IMG/VR virus record: IMGVR_UViG_3300034022_000350
Span: 3,072-67,071 of that record
Reading direction: 5' to 3' (one strand)
DNA length: 64,000 nucleotides
Source of the DNA: a virus
Shown: in pieces, positions 9,721-17,794 of the stretch
Layout of the letters: each line of letters opens with the position of its first letter
Numbering within the stretch: the first letter of the stretch is position 1
Notes under the pieces: model-generated
The model's database searches: none
Told to the model about the DNA's origin: nothing
Seen by the model: the letters and a program-made list of their open reading frames with translations, nothing else
Position numbers and translations under genes: made by a program

Positions 9721-10026
9721 TTAAATTGTTTTCCATTTCCAATCATCACTTGATTCTGACTTAACTTGACAAGAAAAGATTTGATACCCTGCTCTCCAGT
9801 CTGTTAAATGAACAACTCCATCAGGACTTTCAGCTAATAGTACAATATTGCTTAGTGGTGTTTCTTCAAAAACTGTTTTCCATCTGTCTTGCTCTTGTTG
9901 CCATTTAGCACCTATTGCAAAAGAAGCAAAATCAAGTTCTGAAAAATCTATTTCTTTGTAAATCTTATTATAAGCTTCTTCAAGTGTTTCTTTATTTTTC
10001 ATATTATTTATTTTTAAATTGTTCAA
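9721..10026 (-). CDS. Hypothetical protein (ETLEE/AKWQQE module)
   Basis: Shares modules with 10004..10732; true start may be about 10002. Confidence 0.65.
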   Translation of the reverse strand: MNNLKINNMKNKETLEEAYNKIYKEIDFSELDFASFAIGAKWQQEQDRWKTVFEETPLSNIVLLAESPDGVVHLTDWRAGYQIFSCQVKSESSDDWKWKTI

Positions 10027-10732
10027 ACCATTCTTGTTCTGTTAGTTTAGAATCCCATCCATAAGTGTCTGAATAATCCATATTGTCTTGACCTTGTCTA
10101 AATGCCTCTCTTATATCTTCCTCACTATAACTTTTTTCTTGTTGCCATTTAGCCATTTTTACCATTAATTTCTTAACTTCTAAAACTCCAATACTTTGAC
10201 CCATTGATTTAATTCCATAATCGTCAAGCATTTTATGAGCAACTTCTTCAAGTGTTTCTTGTATTGTTCCTACTGGTTGTAATAATGCAGTGTAGTCAGG
10301 TTCTTCTTTTGGAATGATGATTTTGTAAACAGAATGAAATGAATCAGAATGATGTAAAGATAAATAATTTCCATAAGTAGTAATCTCAACAAATTCACAA
10401 CTTGGATAATTTACAAACCATTCTAAAAATTCATCATCAATAGCTTGTACACCATCTTTGATTAAATCTTGGTCTGTTGTTAAGATGATTACATCTTGTT
10501 TAGATGAATATTGAGCACCGCCTGAATTGTAAGGTTCATTTAGAACTTTGTCCAAATACCATTGGTCAACTCCTTCTTTAATTTCTTCATCAGAAGTGAT
10601 GTAAATGTTTTGAGGACTTCTTTCAAATGTTTGAAAGGTTACTGGGTATTTGTAAAACCTAATTTCTTTTGAGTTTCCACTGTACCACAACCTACTTGGT
10701 TTATCCGTTGGTAATATGTGTATGTTTTTCAT
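10004..10732 (-). CDS. Hypothetical protein (ETLEE/AKWQQE module)
   Basis: 242-aa ORF with mosaic modules. Confidence 0.75.
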   Translation of the reverse strand: MKNIHILPTDKPSRLWYSGNSKEIRFYKYPVTFQTFERSPQNIYITSDEEIKEGVDQWYLDKVLNEPYNSGGAQYSSKQDVIILTTDQDLIKDGVQAIDDEFLEWFVNYPSCEFVEITTYGNYLSLHHSDSFHSVYKIIIPKEEPDYTALLQPVGTIQETLEEVAHKMLDDYGIKSMGQSIGVLEVKKLMVKMAKWQQEKSYSEEDIREAFRQGQDNMDYSDTYGWDSKLTEQEWFEQFKNK

Positions 10733-11055
10733 AAGTTAATTTGTATTTTTCTAGTTTCACATCCCATCTTGTGTATAGCACTTGTCTGTCCACAACTACT
10801 ACAATAATCATCTTGCGTACACTTTGGATAGTTGCATTGTTCTATATTACATATCTCACCTTCACGCTTAACACCATTGTGTTTACATTTATTAGAGTAT
10901 TTACCATTAGGCCAGAAGTATGAACAATTAGTTTCATCATCTTCAGGGCCAAAGTTAGCGTAAGACTGCCAAAGCTCACTAGGAGTTGCTGTGAACCTAT
11001 GGCAGTAATCTTTAGTTGGGCATAGGAAGTTCCTACACATTGATATATCTGGCAT
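10729..11055 (-). CDS. Cys-rich hypothetical protein
   Basis: MPDISMC...C...C.RF and multiple Cys pairs. Confidence 0.65.
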   Translation of the reverse strand: MPDISMCRNFLCPTKDYCHRFTATPSELWQSYANFGPEDDETNCSYFWPNGKYSNKCKHNGVKREGEICNIEQCNYPKCTQDDYCSSCGQTSAIHKMGCETRKIQINL

Positions 11056-11057
11056 AA

Positions 11058-11261
11058 TTATAGTTCTTTTAAAATGTTACCGTTGTTATCTAACCAACCG
11101 TCTTGAATTAAAGCGCTAGCTGTTCTACCATAGTGGCCTTGCAAACTGTATTGCATACCGTGTTGAATAATCTCTGAATACATATTCAATGTATCTTGAT
11201 CACTCAATTCACCAGATTCATATTCCATCATTTGATCTATTAAATCTTTAGTTCTTTCCAT
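11058..11261 (-). CDS. Hypothetical protein
   Basis: LQGHYGRTA motif; packed ORF. Confidence 0.65.
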   Translation of the reverse strand: MERTKDLIDQMMEYESGELSDQDTLNMYSEIIQHGMQYSLQGHYGRTASALIQDGWLDNNGNILKEL

Positions 11262-11458
11262 TATTTATTATCTTTTTCTATTAAACTTAGTATATAAGAA
11301 TATACTCTTACTTCTTTGTCGTGTGCTTTTTCTAAGAATATAGCTCTGTCAGGGTCTACTTTCCAATATCTATCTAATTGTAAACTTTCTCTCATAATGT
11401 TAAGGTATATTGCATATACTTTATCATGAGCACACTCTTTGATTTCTTTGTCTGTCAT
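11261..11458 (-). CDS. Hypothetical protein
   Basis: Packed ORF. Confidence 0.6.
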   Translation of the reverse strand: MTDKEIKECAHDKVYAIYLNIMRESLQLDRYWKVDPDRAIFLEKAHDKEVRVYSYILSLIEKDNK

Positions 11459-11459
11459 A

Positions 11460-11933
11460 TTATTTTGGTCTAGTTATTATATTTTCGTTTGCATTTTTTA
11501 CGCTAACTTTTTCTGCTTCATAGTAATTCCAATATGCTTCAACACTATCGCCAGGAACTTTGTATTGATCAGGCATGCATTGTGGCATAGGCGTTTGCTT
11601 TGCGTATAGCATATTCTTTGGTATCCTGCCTAATGGACCGCTGCATTTTAATATAGTTAAATGCTTTTTACCATAACGTCTTGTGTATTCATCACCAAGA
11701 GCTAACATATGAAAGTAAAGCCAAGAATAATTATCAGAGGACTCTCTAGCCCATACAGCTGACGGATGATTTTTATGTGTTACTTTGTAAGGTACGTCAG
11801 CATCATCGCCATCTAATACCACGTGTGCAGTACATAATAATTGCGCAGATTCAAGTATCATTTTTACTACATGCTTGTTATACATATGCTTAGCCGCTTT
11901 TTCAGGGTCTGTGGATAGATAAAATATATTCAT
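11460..11933 (-). CDS. Pyrimidine-dimer DNA glycosylase/endonuclease V-like protein
   Basis: MNIFYL...KHVVKMILESAQLLCTAH...HKNHPSAVWAR...EYTRRYGKKH. Confidence 0.75.
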   Translation of the reverse strand: MNIFYLSTDPEKAAKHMYNKHVVKMILESAQLLCTAHVVLDGDDADVPYKVTHKNHPSAVWARESSDNYSWLYFHMLALGDEYTRRYGKKHLTILKCSGPLGRIPKNMLYAKQTPMPQCMPDQYKVPGDSVEAYWNYYEAEKVSVKNANENIITRPK

Positions 11934-11957
11934 AATTTAATTTGTTGGTTACATTAA

Positions 11958-11990
11958 TATTATCAATTGTCTGTCGTGTTTAGACTGTAA
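11958..11990 (-). promoter_or_regulatory. 33-bp early promoter-like repeat, copy 2
   Basis: TTACAGTCTAAACACGA-N7-TTGATAATA followed by TTAATGTAACC, 25 bp upstream of the ATG at 11933. Confidence 0.75.
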
Positions 11991-12121
11991 GTTGTTGCTT
12001 CTAACTTTTTGTTATGTTTATGTAATCTATTGCTAGTGCAATAAGAACAACTACCGTGATTCCTGCAAGTTTTATCAAATCTTTTAGATTTTCTATATGC
12101 TTGTTTTACTGTTCTACTCAT
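11963..12121 (-). CDS. Small Cys/His protein (52 aa; below the ORF-track cutoff)
   Basis: Hand translation MSRTVKQAYRKSKRFDKTCRNHGSCSYCTSNRLH...; stop lies within repeat copy 2. Confidence 0.6.
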   Translation of the reverse strand: MSRTVKQAYRKSKRFDKTCRNHGSCSYCTSNRLHKHNKKLEATTYSLNTTDN

Positions 12122-12133
12122 AATAATAAATTT

Positions 12134-12196
12134 TGGAACTAAAAGGGGAATCGAACCCCTAAACCCGTCGACAGGCCGTGATCACACACTTAGTTC
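12134..12196 (-). ncRNA. tRNA-like RNA lacking a canonical anticodon loop
   Basis: T-arm AGGGG-TTCGATT-CCCCT, acceptor AACTAAG/TTTAGTT plus CCA, and two shrunken internal hairpins. Confidence 0.6.
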
Positions 12197-12199
12197 TTT

Positions 12200-12430
12200 T
12201 ATTGATCTGCGAACCGGTTTTTCTCTTATACGCATTTTGGTTACAACCTTGGATCCGTTCCGGCAAACTTCACATAACCCCAGATGATCAACAATGTATA
12301 ATATAGGTAAGTTCAATGATACGCAGCACATACATTGACTATTTAAACTGTTTTGTGGCGATTATAGTCCCCAGTGATTATACATATTTATTCAGCATTA
12401 CGCGCTGTTTCCCGCGATGAACCGTGTATA
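12200..12430 (-). ncRNA. Candidate structured non-coding RNA
   Basis: No ORF of 60 aa or more; nested inverted repeats 12294-302/12377-385, 12313-18/12333-38 and 12202-07/12286-91. Confidence 0.4.
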
Positions 12431-12434
12431 GCAA

Positions 12435-12659
12435 CTACACTTGCTTGAACTTGTAAGTGGCTATGATATGTTTCTTAAGGAACTTACCTTTAGAAGGCGC
12501 ATATTTAAACTCACTTACAATATGTTCAGGCACATTAAAGTATTCATATTCTTTACCGCTTTTAAACGTTACAAATAATCTTCTAACATTAGGATAGTAG
12601 GATGCTTCTGATATTGCGCTACTATTAATATCCAATCTTTCAACTAAGTCTAAGTCCAT
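12435..12659 (-). CDS. KTSC domain protein
   Basis: SSAISEASY...LFVTFKSG..YEYFNVP...APSKGKFL..HI. Confidence 0.85.
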   Translation of the reverse strand: MDLDLVERLDINSSAISEASYYPNVRRLFVTFKSGKEYEYFNVPEHIVSEFKYAPSKGKFLKKHIIATYKFKQV

Positions 12660-13096
12660 TATAGTATATGATTATTTGCAAAGTCTTTAGCCTTTCTTGC
12701 GTTATACGCACGGTTTTGTGACATAGTACCAGATCGTTGTGGAGATGGTAACATTAATGATAATTTATTAACAACATCATATATACTATGTTGGTTATTA
12801 ACCATGCCAGTATACACAGCATTCTCAAGATCAAGTATATTAACACTTACATCTAAGTAAACTTTATCATCTTTTATCCAGCCACCCATAAATATATCAT
12901 CTCTGTATAGTTGTGATGCATTGGTACTTACATAATCTCTAATATCTTTGGCATGGAATATATCAGATGGTATAACCATTTCATAGCCATGTAGGCTAAC
13001 CATATAGCCATTAGACGGTGTTGATTCACCAGTTGTTATATTGTAACTAAAGCCACCAGTTAATCCTAATTCGTCTACTAAATTTGTCAAGTTCAT
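12659..13096 (-). CDS. Hypothetical protein
   Basis: GGFSY...GYMVS...MGGW...VYLDVS...NNQHSIYD. Confidence 0.7.
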   Translation of the reverse strand: MNLTNLVDELGLTGGFSYNITTGESTPSNGYMVSLHGYEMVIPSDIFHAKDIRDYVSTNASQLYRDDIFMGGWIKDDKVYLDVSVNILDLENAVYTGMVNNQHSIYDVVNKLSLMLPSPQRSGTMSQNRAYNARKAKDFANNHIL

Positions 13097-13110
13097 ATTG
13101 TTTTTTTTAA

Positions 13111-13356
13111 TTAGTCTAATAATTCCATATAAGCGTCAGAGTTTACTTCAGCAAACCAATATCTAGCACGATCAAAATCTTTATGATGTATACCTGAATA
13201 AGCAATACCCATAATAAAATCATATACACTTAATTCTATATTATTTAATTCAACTGTAACGCCAGAGAATCTATTTGTTACTGCCATGCCCCTTGGATAT
13301 ATCATGCCACGAAACCATTTAGGCGCTTCTGTATTAATGTTTTTTACTTTTGCCAT
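13111..13356 (-). CDS. Hypothetical protein
   Basis: Packed ORF ending AYMELLD. Confidence 0.65.
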   Translation of the reverse strand: MAKVKNINTEAPKWFRGMIYPRGMAVTNRFSGVTVELNNIELSVYDFIMGIAYSGIHHKDFDRARYWFAEVNSDAYMELLD

Positions 13357-13357
13357 G

Positions 13358-13762
13358 TTATTCTTGATCTAAGATTAATAAATTACCGAATACATCTTCA
13401 ATATGTGTTAGCATCGCTTCATCTAATTTAATTGAGATGTTTCCTACATTTAAGTCTATGTTTTGTAATTGTAGTTGATTGTTATACTCTATATTGAATT
13501 CAGCACTATCATAATCGATTGCTTCAGAAGTGTCTAGCTCAAAATAGTTTTCCATAGTATCACGCACTCTTGTTTGGAATTCAGTAAATAGTTTTTCACT
13601 AATACAACTATTATTTACAGGTTGTAATGCAGATACTTCTTCCATTACATTAGTACGTAATTTAGCTAGTATGTATATAACATCTTCTTTACTAAAAATT
13701 GTTGGGAATGCATTGTCGGAATCGCCAATGGCACATTCAAATAGGTCATTAATTTTTTCCAT
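13358..13762 (-). CDS. Acidic hypothetical protein
   Basis: ORF directly downstream of repeat copy 3. Confidence 0.7.
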   Translation of the reverse strand: MEKINDLFECAIGDSDNAFPTIFSKEDVIYILAKLRTNVMEEVSALQPVNNSCISEKLFTEFQTRVRDTMENYFELDTSEAIDYDSAEFNIEYNNQLQLQNIDLNVGNISIKLDEAMLTHIEDVFGNLLILDQE

Positions 13763-13789
13763 TATATTATATTTTATTGGTTACATTTA

Positions 13790-13822
13790 TATTATCAACT
13801 ATTGTTCGTATTGAGACTGTAA
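13790..13822 (-). promoter_or_regulatory. 33-bp early promoter-like repeat, copy 3
   Basis: TTACAGTCTCAATACGA-N7-TTGATAATA followed by TAAATGTAACC. Confidence 0.75.
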
Positions 13823-14020
13823 GACTCCGTGATCTTCAGCGAGCTCGGCAGCAAAGGTGTATAGCAGATCTTCGAATTCGCTAAACCGGTCAGATTGCAA
13901 TTTTGTTAATTTGGATTCACAGATTTTGAAGTCGGTCCATAATCTGTCGGAGATCTTGTCAATGCCTTCATATACCGCTAATTTAATTAGGTTTGATTCT
14001 TTATCGCTTAATGTTCTCAT
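13799..14020 (-). CDS. Hypothetical protein
   Basis: C-terminus LQSQYEQ is encoded by the repeat. Confidence 0.6.
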   Translation of the reverse strand: MRTLSDKESNLIKLAVYEGIDKISDRLWTDFKICESKLTKLQSDRFSEFEDLLYTFAAELAEDHGVLQSQYEQ

Positions 14021-14168
14021 ATAACTTTAATTCAATACTGTTGTTAAATACTCTATCGTAAGCATTAGCCATACTGTCATTGTCAGCATAATGTACTGAT
14101 TGTACAGTTTCACGCATCCATATTTCAAACGCTAATGTATCTTGAAATGCTAAATTATTATTTTCCAT
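14001..14168 (-). CDS. Hypothetical protein (55 aa)
   Basis: Hand translation MENNNLAFQDTLAFEIWMRE...; fills the operon gap. Confidence 0.55.
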   Translation of the reverse strand: MENNNLAFQDTLAFEIWMRETVQSVHYADNDSMANAYDRVFNNSIELKLYENIKR

Positions 14169-14169
14169 A

Positions 14170-14388
14170 TTATTCTATTATTTTTATAAATTGATCGTTT
14201 TTATCGTGTAATCTAGTTAACCCAAATTCACTGTCTAAAGTAGTGATAATGTAATTTATATCAGCATGATTTAAGCAATGAATGAATTCATGGAAACCTA
14301 ACTTAAAACCTTTTTCAACAGCATATGTGTATAGCACAGAGGCATCTACAATGCCTTTGTTACGCATTGCGATATACTTGTTCATCAT
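14170..14388 (-). CDS. Hypothetical protein
   Basis: Packed ORF. Confidence 0.6.
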   Translation of the reverse strand: MMNKYIAMRNKGIVDASVLYTYAVEKGFKLGFHEFIHCLNHADINYIITTLDSEFGLTRLHDKNDQFIKIIE

Positions 14389-14390
14389 TA

Positions 14391-14624
14391 TTAAATAATT
14401 TCTAGTAATTCGCCATGGGTTAATACTCTAACTAGTAGAGTATTGTGTTCAACATCTGTCCATCCATGACCTGAACCTTTACCAATTGGCACTCCATAAT
14501 CTTTATATCTTTGTACTATTCTACCGTTATAATCAGACCCTACAATGATTGCTATTTGCCCGTCTTGCAATTCGCCCATTTGTATTAATTCATCTGCGTT
14601 TTCTATTTTTAATCTTACACTCAT
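14391..14624 (-). CDS. Hypothetical protein
   Basis: Packed ORF. Confidence 0.6.
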   Translation of the reverse strand: MSVRLKIENADELIQMGELQDGQIAIIVGSDYNGRIVQRYKDYGVPIGKGSGHGWTDVEHNTLLVRVLTHGELLEII

Positions 14625-14642
14625 AATTGTTTTGTTTTAATG

Positions 14643-14891
14643 TTAGTATTTATTTATTAATTCTTGTTTAGTTAAGTGGTAATGGTTCCAGTATGCGCTA
14701 CGGCTATGAGCTTTCGCTTTTGCACCATAAGAGGATTTCATTTTGATCTTCACTTGCTTATAATCTTCGCTAGTGAAGCTTTGGCATAGACCGTCAGTAT
14801 TTACCGCATTAATACGGTTAGCCCTATTGCGTGCTTTCTTTTCTTCAAGATATTGGCACGCTTCTTTCATGTTGTTTGCTATTGTTATCAT
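14643..14891 (-). CDS. Hypothetical protein
   Basis: Packed ORF. Confidence 0.6.
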   Translation of the reverse strand: MITIANNMKEACQYLEEKKARNRANRINAVNTDGLCQSFTSEDYKQVKIKMKSSYGAKAKAHSRSAYWNHYHLTKQELINKY

Positions 14892-14892
14892 A

Positions 14893-15075
14893 TTACTTCT
14901 TGATTATATAGGTTAAACCTTTAAAATTAAACCACTCACGGATGCCGTCGGTATCTTGATCTGCATCATAGATAAAAGCGAAACTAGGTGGTAGATCGCC
15001 AATGAGGTAAGGTGTGTATAGCACGCCGCCTACTAGGATTAAATTGTTCTTAAGAAACTTGATTGATTTTTTCAT
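14893..15075 (-). CDS. Hypothetical protein
   Basis: ORF downstream of repeat copy 4. Confidence 0.6.
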   Translation of the reverse strand: MKKSIKFLKNNLILVGGVLYTPYLIGDLPPSFAFIYDADQDTDGIREWFNFKGLTYIIKK

Positions 15076-15101
15076 GGTATATTATTTATTGGTTACATTT
15101 A

Positions 15102-15134
15102 TATTATCAAAGTAGGTACGTGTTAAGACTGTAA
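15102..15134 (-). promoter_or_regulatory. 33-bp early promoter-like repeat, copy 4
   Basis: TTACAGTCTTAACACGT-N7-TTGATAATA followed by TAAATGTAACC. Confidence 0.75.
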
Positions 15135-15233
15135 GTCTTCATCTTCATCATAAAAATCACAGTGTTCTTTACAAGCCCTGCATATATATGTTTCCTCTAG
15201 CCACTCAGGCGCATCACAACACCAACTTAACAT
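15123..15233 (-). CDS. Small Zn-finger-like protein (36 aa)
   Basis: Hand translation MLSWCCDAPEWLEETYICRACKEHCDFYDEDEDLQS; stop lies inside repeat copy 4. Confidence 0.55.
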   Translation of the reverse strand: MLSWCCDAPEWLEETYICRACKEHCDFYDEDEDLQS

Positions 15234-15442
15234 GACTCACTTGTGTGATGGTTAATAACATATTCTTCAAACTCTTCAATTTGATTCTCTAATAACTCAT
15301 AAGCGCATTTACCCATTAAAGTTATATTGGTAACTTCATAGTATTCCGGACAACCCGGATCTTCTAAAGTTTGTAGTTCTTCAGGGTTATAGTATAACCT
15401 ATATTCAAAATCAAAACCTTTGTATTCTATCGTGTGTTTCAT
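15227..15442 (-). CDS. Hypothetical protein
   Basis: Packed ORF. Confidence 0.6.
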   Translation of the reverse strand: MKHTIEYKGFDFEYRLYYNPEELQTLEDPGCPEYYEVTNITLMGKCAYELLENQIEEFEEYVINHHTSESC

Positions 15443-15446
15443 AGCT

Positions 15447-15683
15447 CTATTTAATTACTCTAATAAATTTATAAGCCTCGTTCATCTTATTGTGAATATC
15501 ATACCAGAAATCCCAACCTTCAGCATTGTCATTTAATCCAAATGCTCCCATAATACCATTCTTGTTCTCTTGATTAATCCACCATTCAAAGTATACACCA
15601 CTTGAACTATTACCGTTACAATTCGCTTTAAACTTATCTTGAACATACTTAGGTTGTAGGTCAAACCACTCTAATCTAGTCAT
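15447..15683 (-). CDS. Hypothetical protein
   Basis: Trp-rich ORF. Confidence 0.6.
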   Translation of the reverse strand: MTRLEWFDLQPKYVQDKFKANCNGNSSSGVYFEWWINQENKNGIMGAFGLNDNAEGWDFWYDIHNKMNEAYKFIRVIK

Positions 15684-15708
15684 AATTTTTAATTTAATTG
15701 TTATTTAC

Positions 15709-15807
15709 TTAGTTTTGCAAGGCAATAGCCGCGTATTTCGCTTGTTTTAAGAAGCTTTTTTTGAACTTTAATACTATCACTCTAATAGCATTGGAATAAT
15801 CTCTCAT
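15709..15807 (-). CDS. Small basic peptide (32 aa)
   Basis: MRDYSNAIRVIVLKFKKSFLKQAKYAAIALQN, directly downstream of repeat copy 5. Confidence 0.4.
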   Translation of the reverse strand: MRDYSNAIRVIVLKFKKSFLKQAKYAAIALQN

Positions 15808-15840
15808 AATCGCTGTATTTGATTGTTATTGTTACACTTA

Positions 15841-15873
15841 TATTATCATTCGGTAATCGTATCAAGACTGTAA
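15841..15873 (-). promoter_or_regulatory. 33-bp early promoter-like repeat, copy 5
   Basis: TTACAGTCTTGATACGA-N7-ATGATAATA followed by TAAGTGTAAC. Confidence 0.7.
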
Positions 15874-16000
15874 GTAGGTGGTTGTTTATTTGATAGAAAA
15901 TATAGTATTGTATGTATAACCCCTAACTCCCTCATTTACAGTGTGTTGTAAAACACTCAGGACACTTTTAACTCATATTATTTATTGTTTGTTACACATA

Positions 16001-16033
16001 TATTATCAAATTAGTATCGTGTTGTGACTGTAA
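16001..16033 (-). promoter_or_regulatory. 33-bp early promoter-like repeat, copy 6
   Basis: TTACAGTCACAACACGA-N7-TTGATAATA followed by TATGTGTAAC. Confidence 0.7.
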
Positions 16034-16197
16034 GAGTAGATCGCGAGGATGCTATACGCGCTCGGGGTACCCCCTCGCGGTGATTGTATATATATAGGTA
16101 GAGCTTGCTCGAAAACATAGGTAAACGATTAGGTTTAGAGACTGGATTAGCCTGATTTGCCGCTGTATGTAGTGATTGATGCTAATGGAAGTGTAAA

Positions 16198-16245
16198 ATG
16201 TGACATAAGGGTATTAAGTAAATAAATAAGGGGCTAACGTCACAC
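16198..16245. repeat. Inverted-repeat site 2
   Basis: ATGTGACATAAGG-N22-GCTAACGTCACAC. Confidence 0.75.
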
Positions 16246-16367
16246 TATATTTTGATCGTTCACCTGCCTGTGTATAGCAACTTTAACTATAAAGTAGGTC
16301 GGAGTCTACTCTTCCGACTCTATTTCAAGGTCAGGCCGTGGGTATAGCACTAAAAGTATTTCATAAA

Positions 16368-16414
16368 GTGTGACACTAGCTTATTAAACTAATAATAGTA
16401 GGCTAACGTCACAC
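16368..16414. repeat. Inverted-repeat site 3
   Basis: GTGTGACACTAGC-N21-GCTAACGTCACAC, flanked by AAA/TTT. Confidence 0.8.
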
Positions 16415-16426
16415 TTTTTTGTTAGG

Positions 16427-16660
16427 TTATTCCATAGGATCCGCCATAGGTCCGATGTATATGGTATCGTTCTTAGTAAATTCTAACATTATAGCGGAGT
16501 GATCCATAGGTATTGATTCTTCGTCGTCATTCCAGATTATAACTTGATCTTTACGGACCTCTTCTACGTCACTCGTGTATAGCACCCACGCTGTTCCCAT
16601 TGATCCGAATGTTATGCCTAGGATTGTACCTAGGCATAGATTTTTAAACTCTTTATTCAT
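16427..16660 (-). CDS. Small membrane protein
   Basis: N-terminal hydrophobic segment LCLGTILGITFGSMGTAWVL. Confidence 0.6.
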   Translation of the reverse strand: MNKEFKNLCLGTILGITFGSMGTAWVLYTSDVEEVRKDQVIIWNDDEESIPMDHSAIMLEFTKNDTIYIGPMADPME

Positions 16661-16674
16661 GATATTATATTTAA

Positions 16675-16836
16675 TTAGTTATTGAATAGACTTAAGATAT
16701 AGTTACCTAGATTGATTTGTTCAGGATATAGAGCATTACTGTTTACATGCAAGAAATCATCTAGACTCATAGTTTCTAATAGTGGAAATTGTTTCATAAA
16801 CATTCTCGCTAGTTCGTGTTTTTGTTCTTCGTTCAT
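16675..16836 (-). CDS. Hypothetical protein
   Basis: Likely start MNEEQKH at 16836, just downstream of repeat copy 7. Confidence 0.55.
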   Translation of the reverse strand: MNEEQKHELARMFMKQFPLLETMSLDDFLHVNSNALYPEQINLGNYILSLFNN

Positions 16837-16860
16837 AACATTATTATTTAGATTCATTAT

Positions 16861-16893
16861 TATTATCAATTGTACTTCGTATTTTGATTGTAG
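16861..16893 (-). promoter_or_regulatory. 33-bp early promoter-like repeat, copy 7
   Basis: CTACAATCAAAATACGA-N7-TTGATAATA. Confidence 0.65.
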
Positions 16894-16900
16894 AAGAGGC

Positions 16901-17263
16901 CTATTCGACCTCAACTACATCTAAGTTTGTTACTTGAGCCAAGTGTCTAACATTACTTGGCATATCAGTTGATTGTGACCAATACTCTCGTTTGATCCAA
17001 CAGGGCATTATAGATAACTTCGGGAGCATTATCTTGAGTACTTCGTCATGGTTGTACGTTATTCTTTGATTCTTGTTGTTAACGAACGTTATTACTTGAT
17101 TACGTCCGAGCCAAGACTTTCTGACTACAAAGTTAGCTCGTTCGATCGGTGGATAGATCAGAGCCAGATCTTCTGGACTCAGCTTCGAGATAGCTTCAGA
17201 TATTAATTCTTTTGAAGTTTTTACAACTTCTACAACTTCTACTTCTTTTTTAAATTTGTTCAT
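16901..17263 (-). CDS. Hypothetical early protein
   Basis: 120-aa ORF downstream of repeat copies 8 and 9. Confidence 0.7.
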   Translation of the reverse strand: MNKFKKEVEVVEVVKTSKELISEAISKLSPEDLALIYPPIERANFVVRKSWLGRNQVITFVNNKNQRITYNHDEVLKIMLPKLSIMPCWIKREYWSQSTDMPSNVRHLAQVTNLDVVEVE

Positions 17264-17302
17264 GATTTTTGTTATTTATTAGATTATTATTAGTTACATT
17301 AT

Positions 17303-17335
17303 TATTATCAAATACTATTCGTACTTAGACTGTAA
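17303..17335 (-). promoter_or_regulatory. 33-bp early promoter-like repeat, copy 8
   Basis: TTACAGTCTAAGTACGA-N7-TTGATAATA followed by ATAATGTAAC. Confidence 0.75.
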
Positions 17336-17388
17336 GAACTATAATTTTATTAATTATATTAAGATCGTTACTTTGTTACTTACATCTA

Positions 17389-17421
17389 TATTATCAAATA
17401 CTCTTCGTATTAAGACTGTAG
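17389..17421 (-). promoter_or_regulatory. 33-bp early promoter-like repeat, copy 9
   Basis: CTACAGTCTTAATACGA-N7-TTGATAATA followed by TAGATGTAAG. Confidence 0.75.
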
Positions 17422-17490
17422 ATAGATCTAACGGATGCTATACGCAATGCTATACATACAAAGATCCTATTGCTAGGATCCTTGATTTAT

Positions 17491-17724
17491 TTATTCTGCT
17501 TCAAATATATTATATTCAAAGAAGTCATATATTCTAAACAACCATTCTGTTATGGATTCTGTATATTCTTCTGTTACAGTATCATAATTTCTTAATAATC
17601 CTGATTGATCAGCTATCCAGTCTTCTAGTTCTTCTGTTATTTTAAATTCTTGATCTGATCCATAATTACTTTCTGTTATTAATCTTTCAACTGTAGTCTG
17701 TAAATCTTTTTCTGTTAATTTCAT
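17491..17724 (-). CDS. Acidic hypothetical early protein
   Basis: 77 aa, Glu/Asp-rich. Confidence 0.6.
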   Translation of the reverse strand: MKLTEKDLQTTVERLITESNYGSDQEFKITEELEDWIADQSGLLRNYDTVTEEYTESITEWLFRIYDFFEYNIFEAE

Positions 17725-17794
17725 GATTATTTATTTATTTAATTAGTTATTTAATATAGTCAGTTTTATAACTTGACTAGGTTATTATTATTAT

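Noticed and set aside
12134-12196. Functional tRNA or tmRNA
   Set aside because: There is no 7-nt anticodon loop or canonical D-loop, and no tag ORF between the acceptor strands.
16198-16414. TGTGA...TCACA as CRP boxes or transposon ends
   Set aside because: The spacing is far longer than 6 bp, and there is no transposase or target-site duplication.
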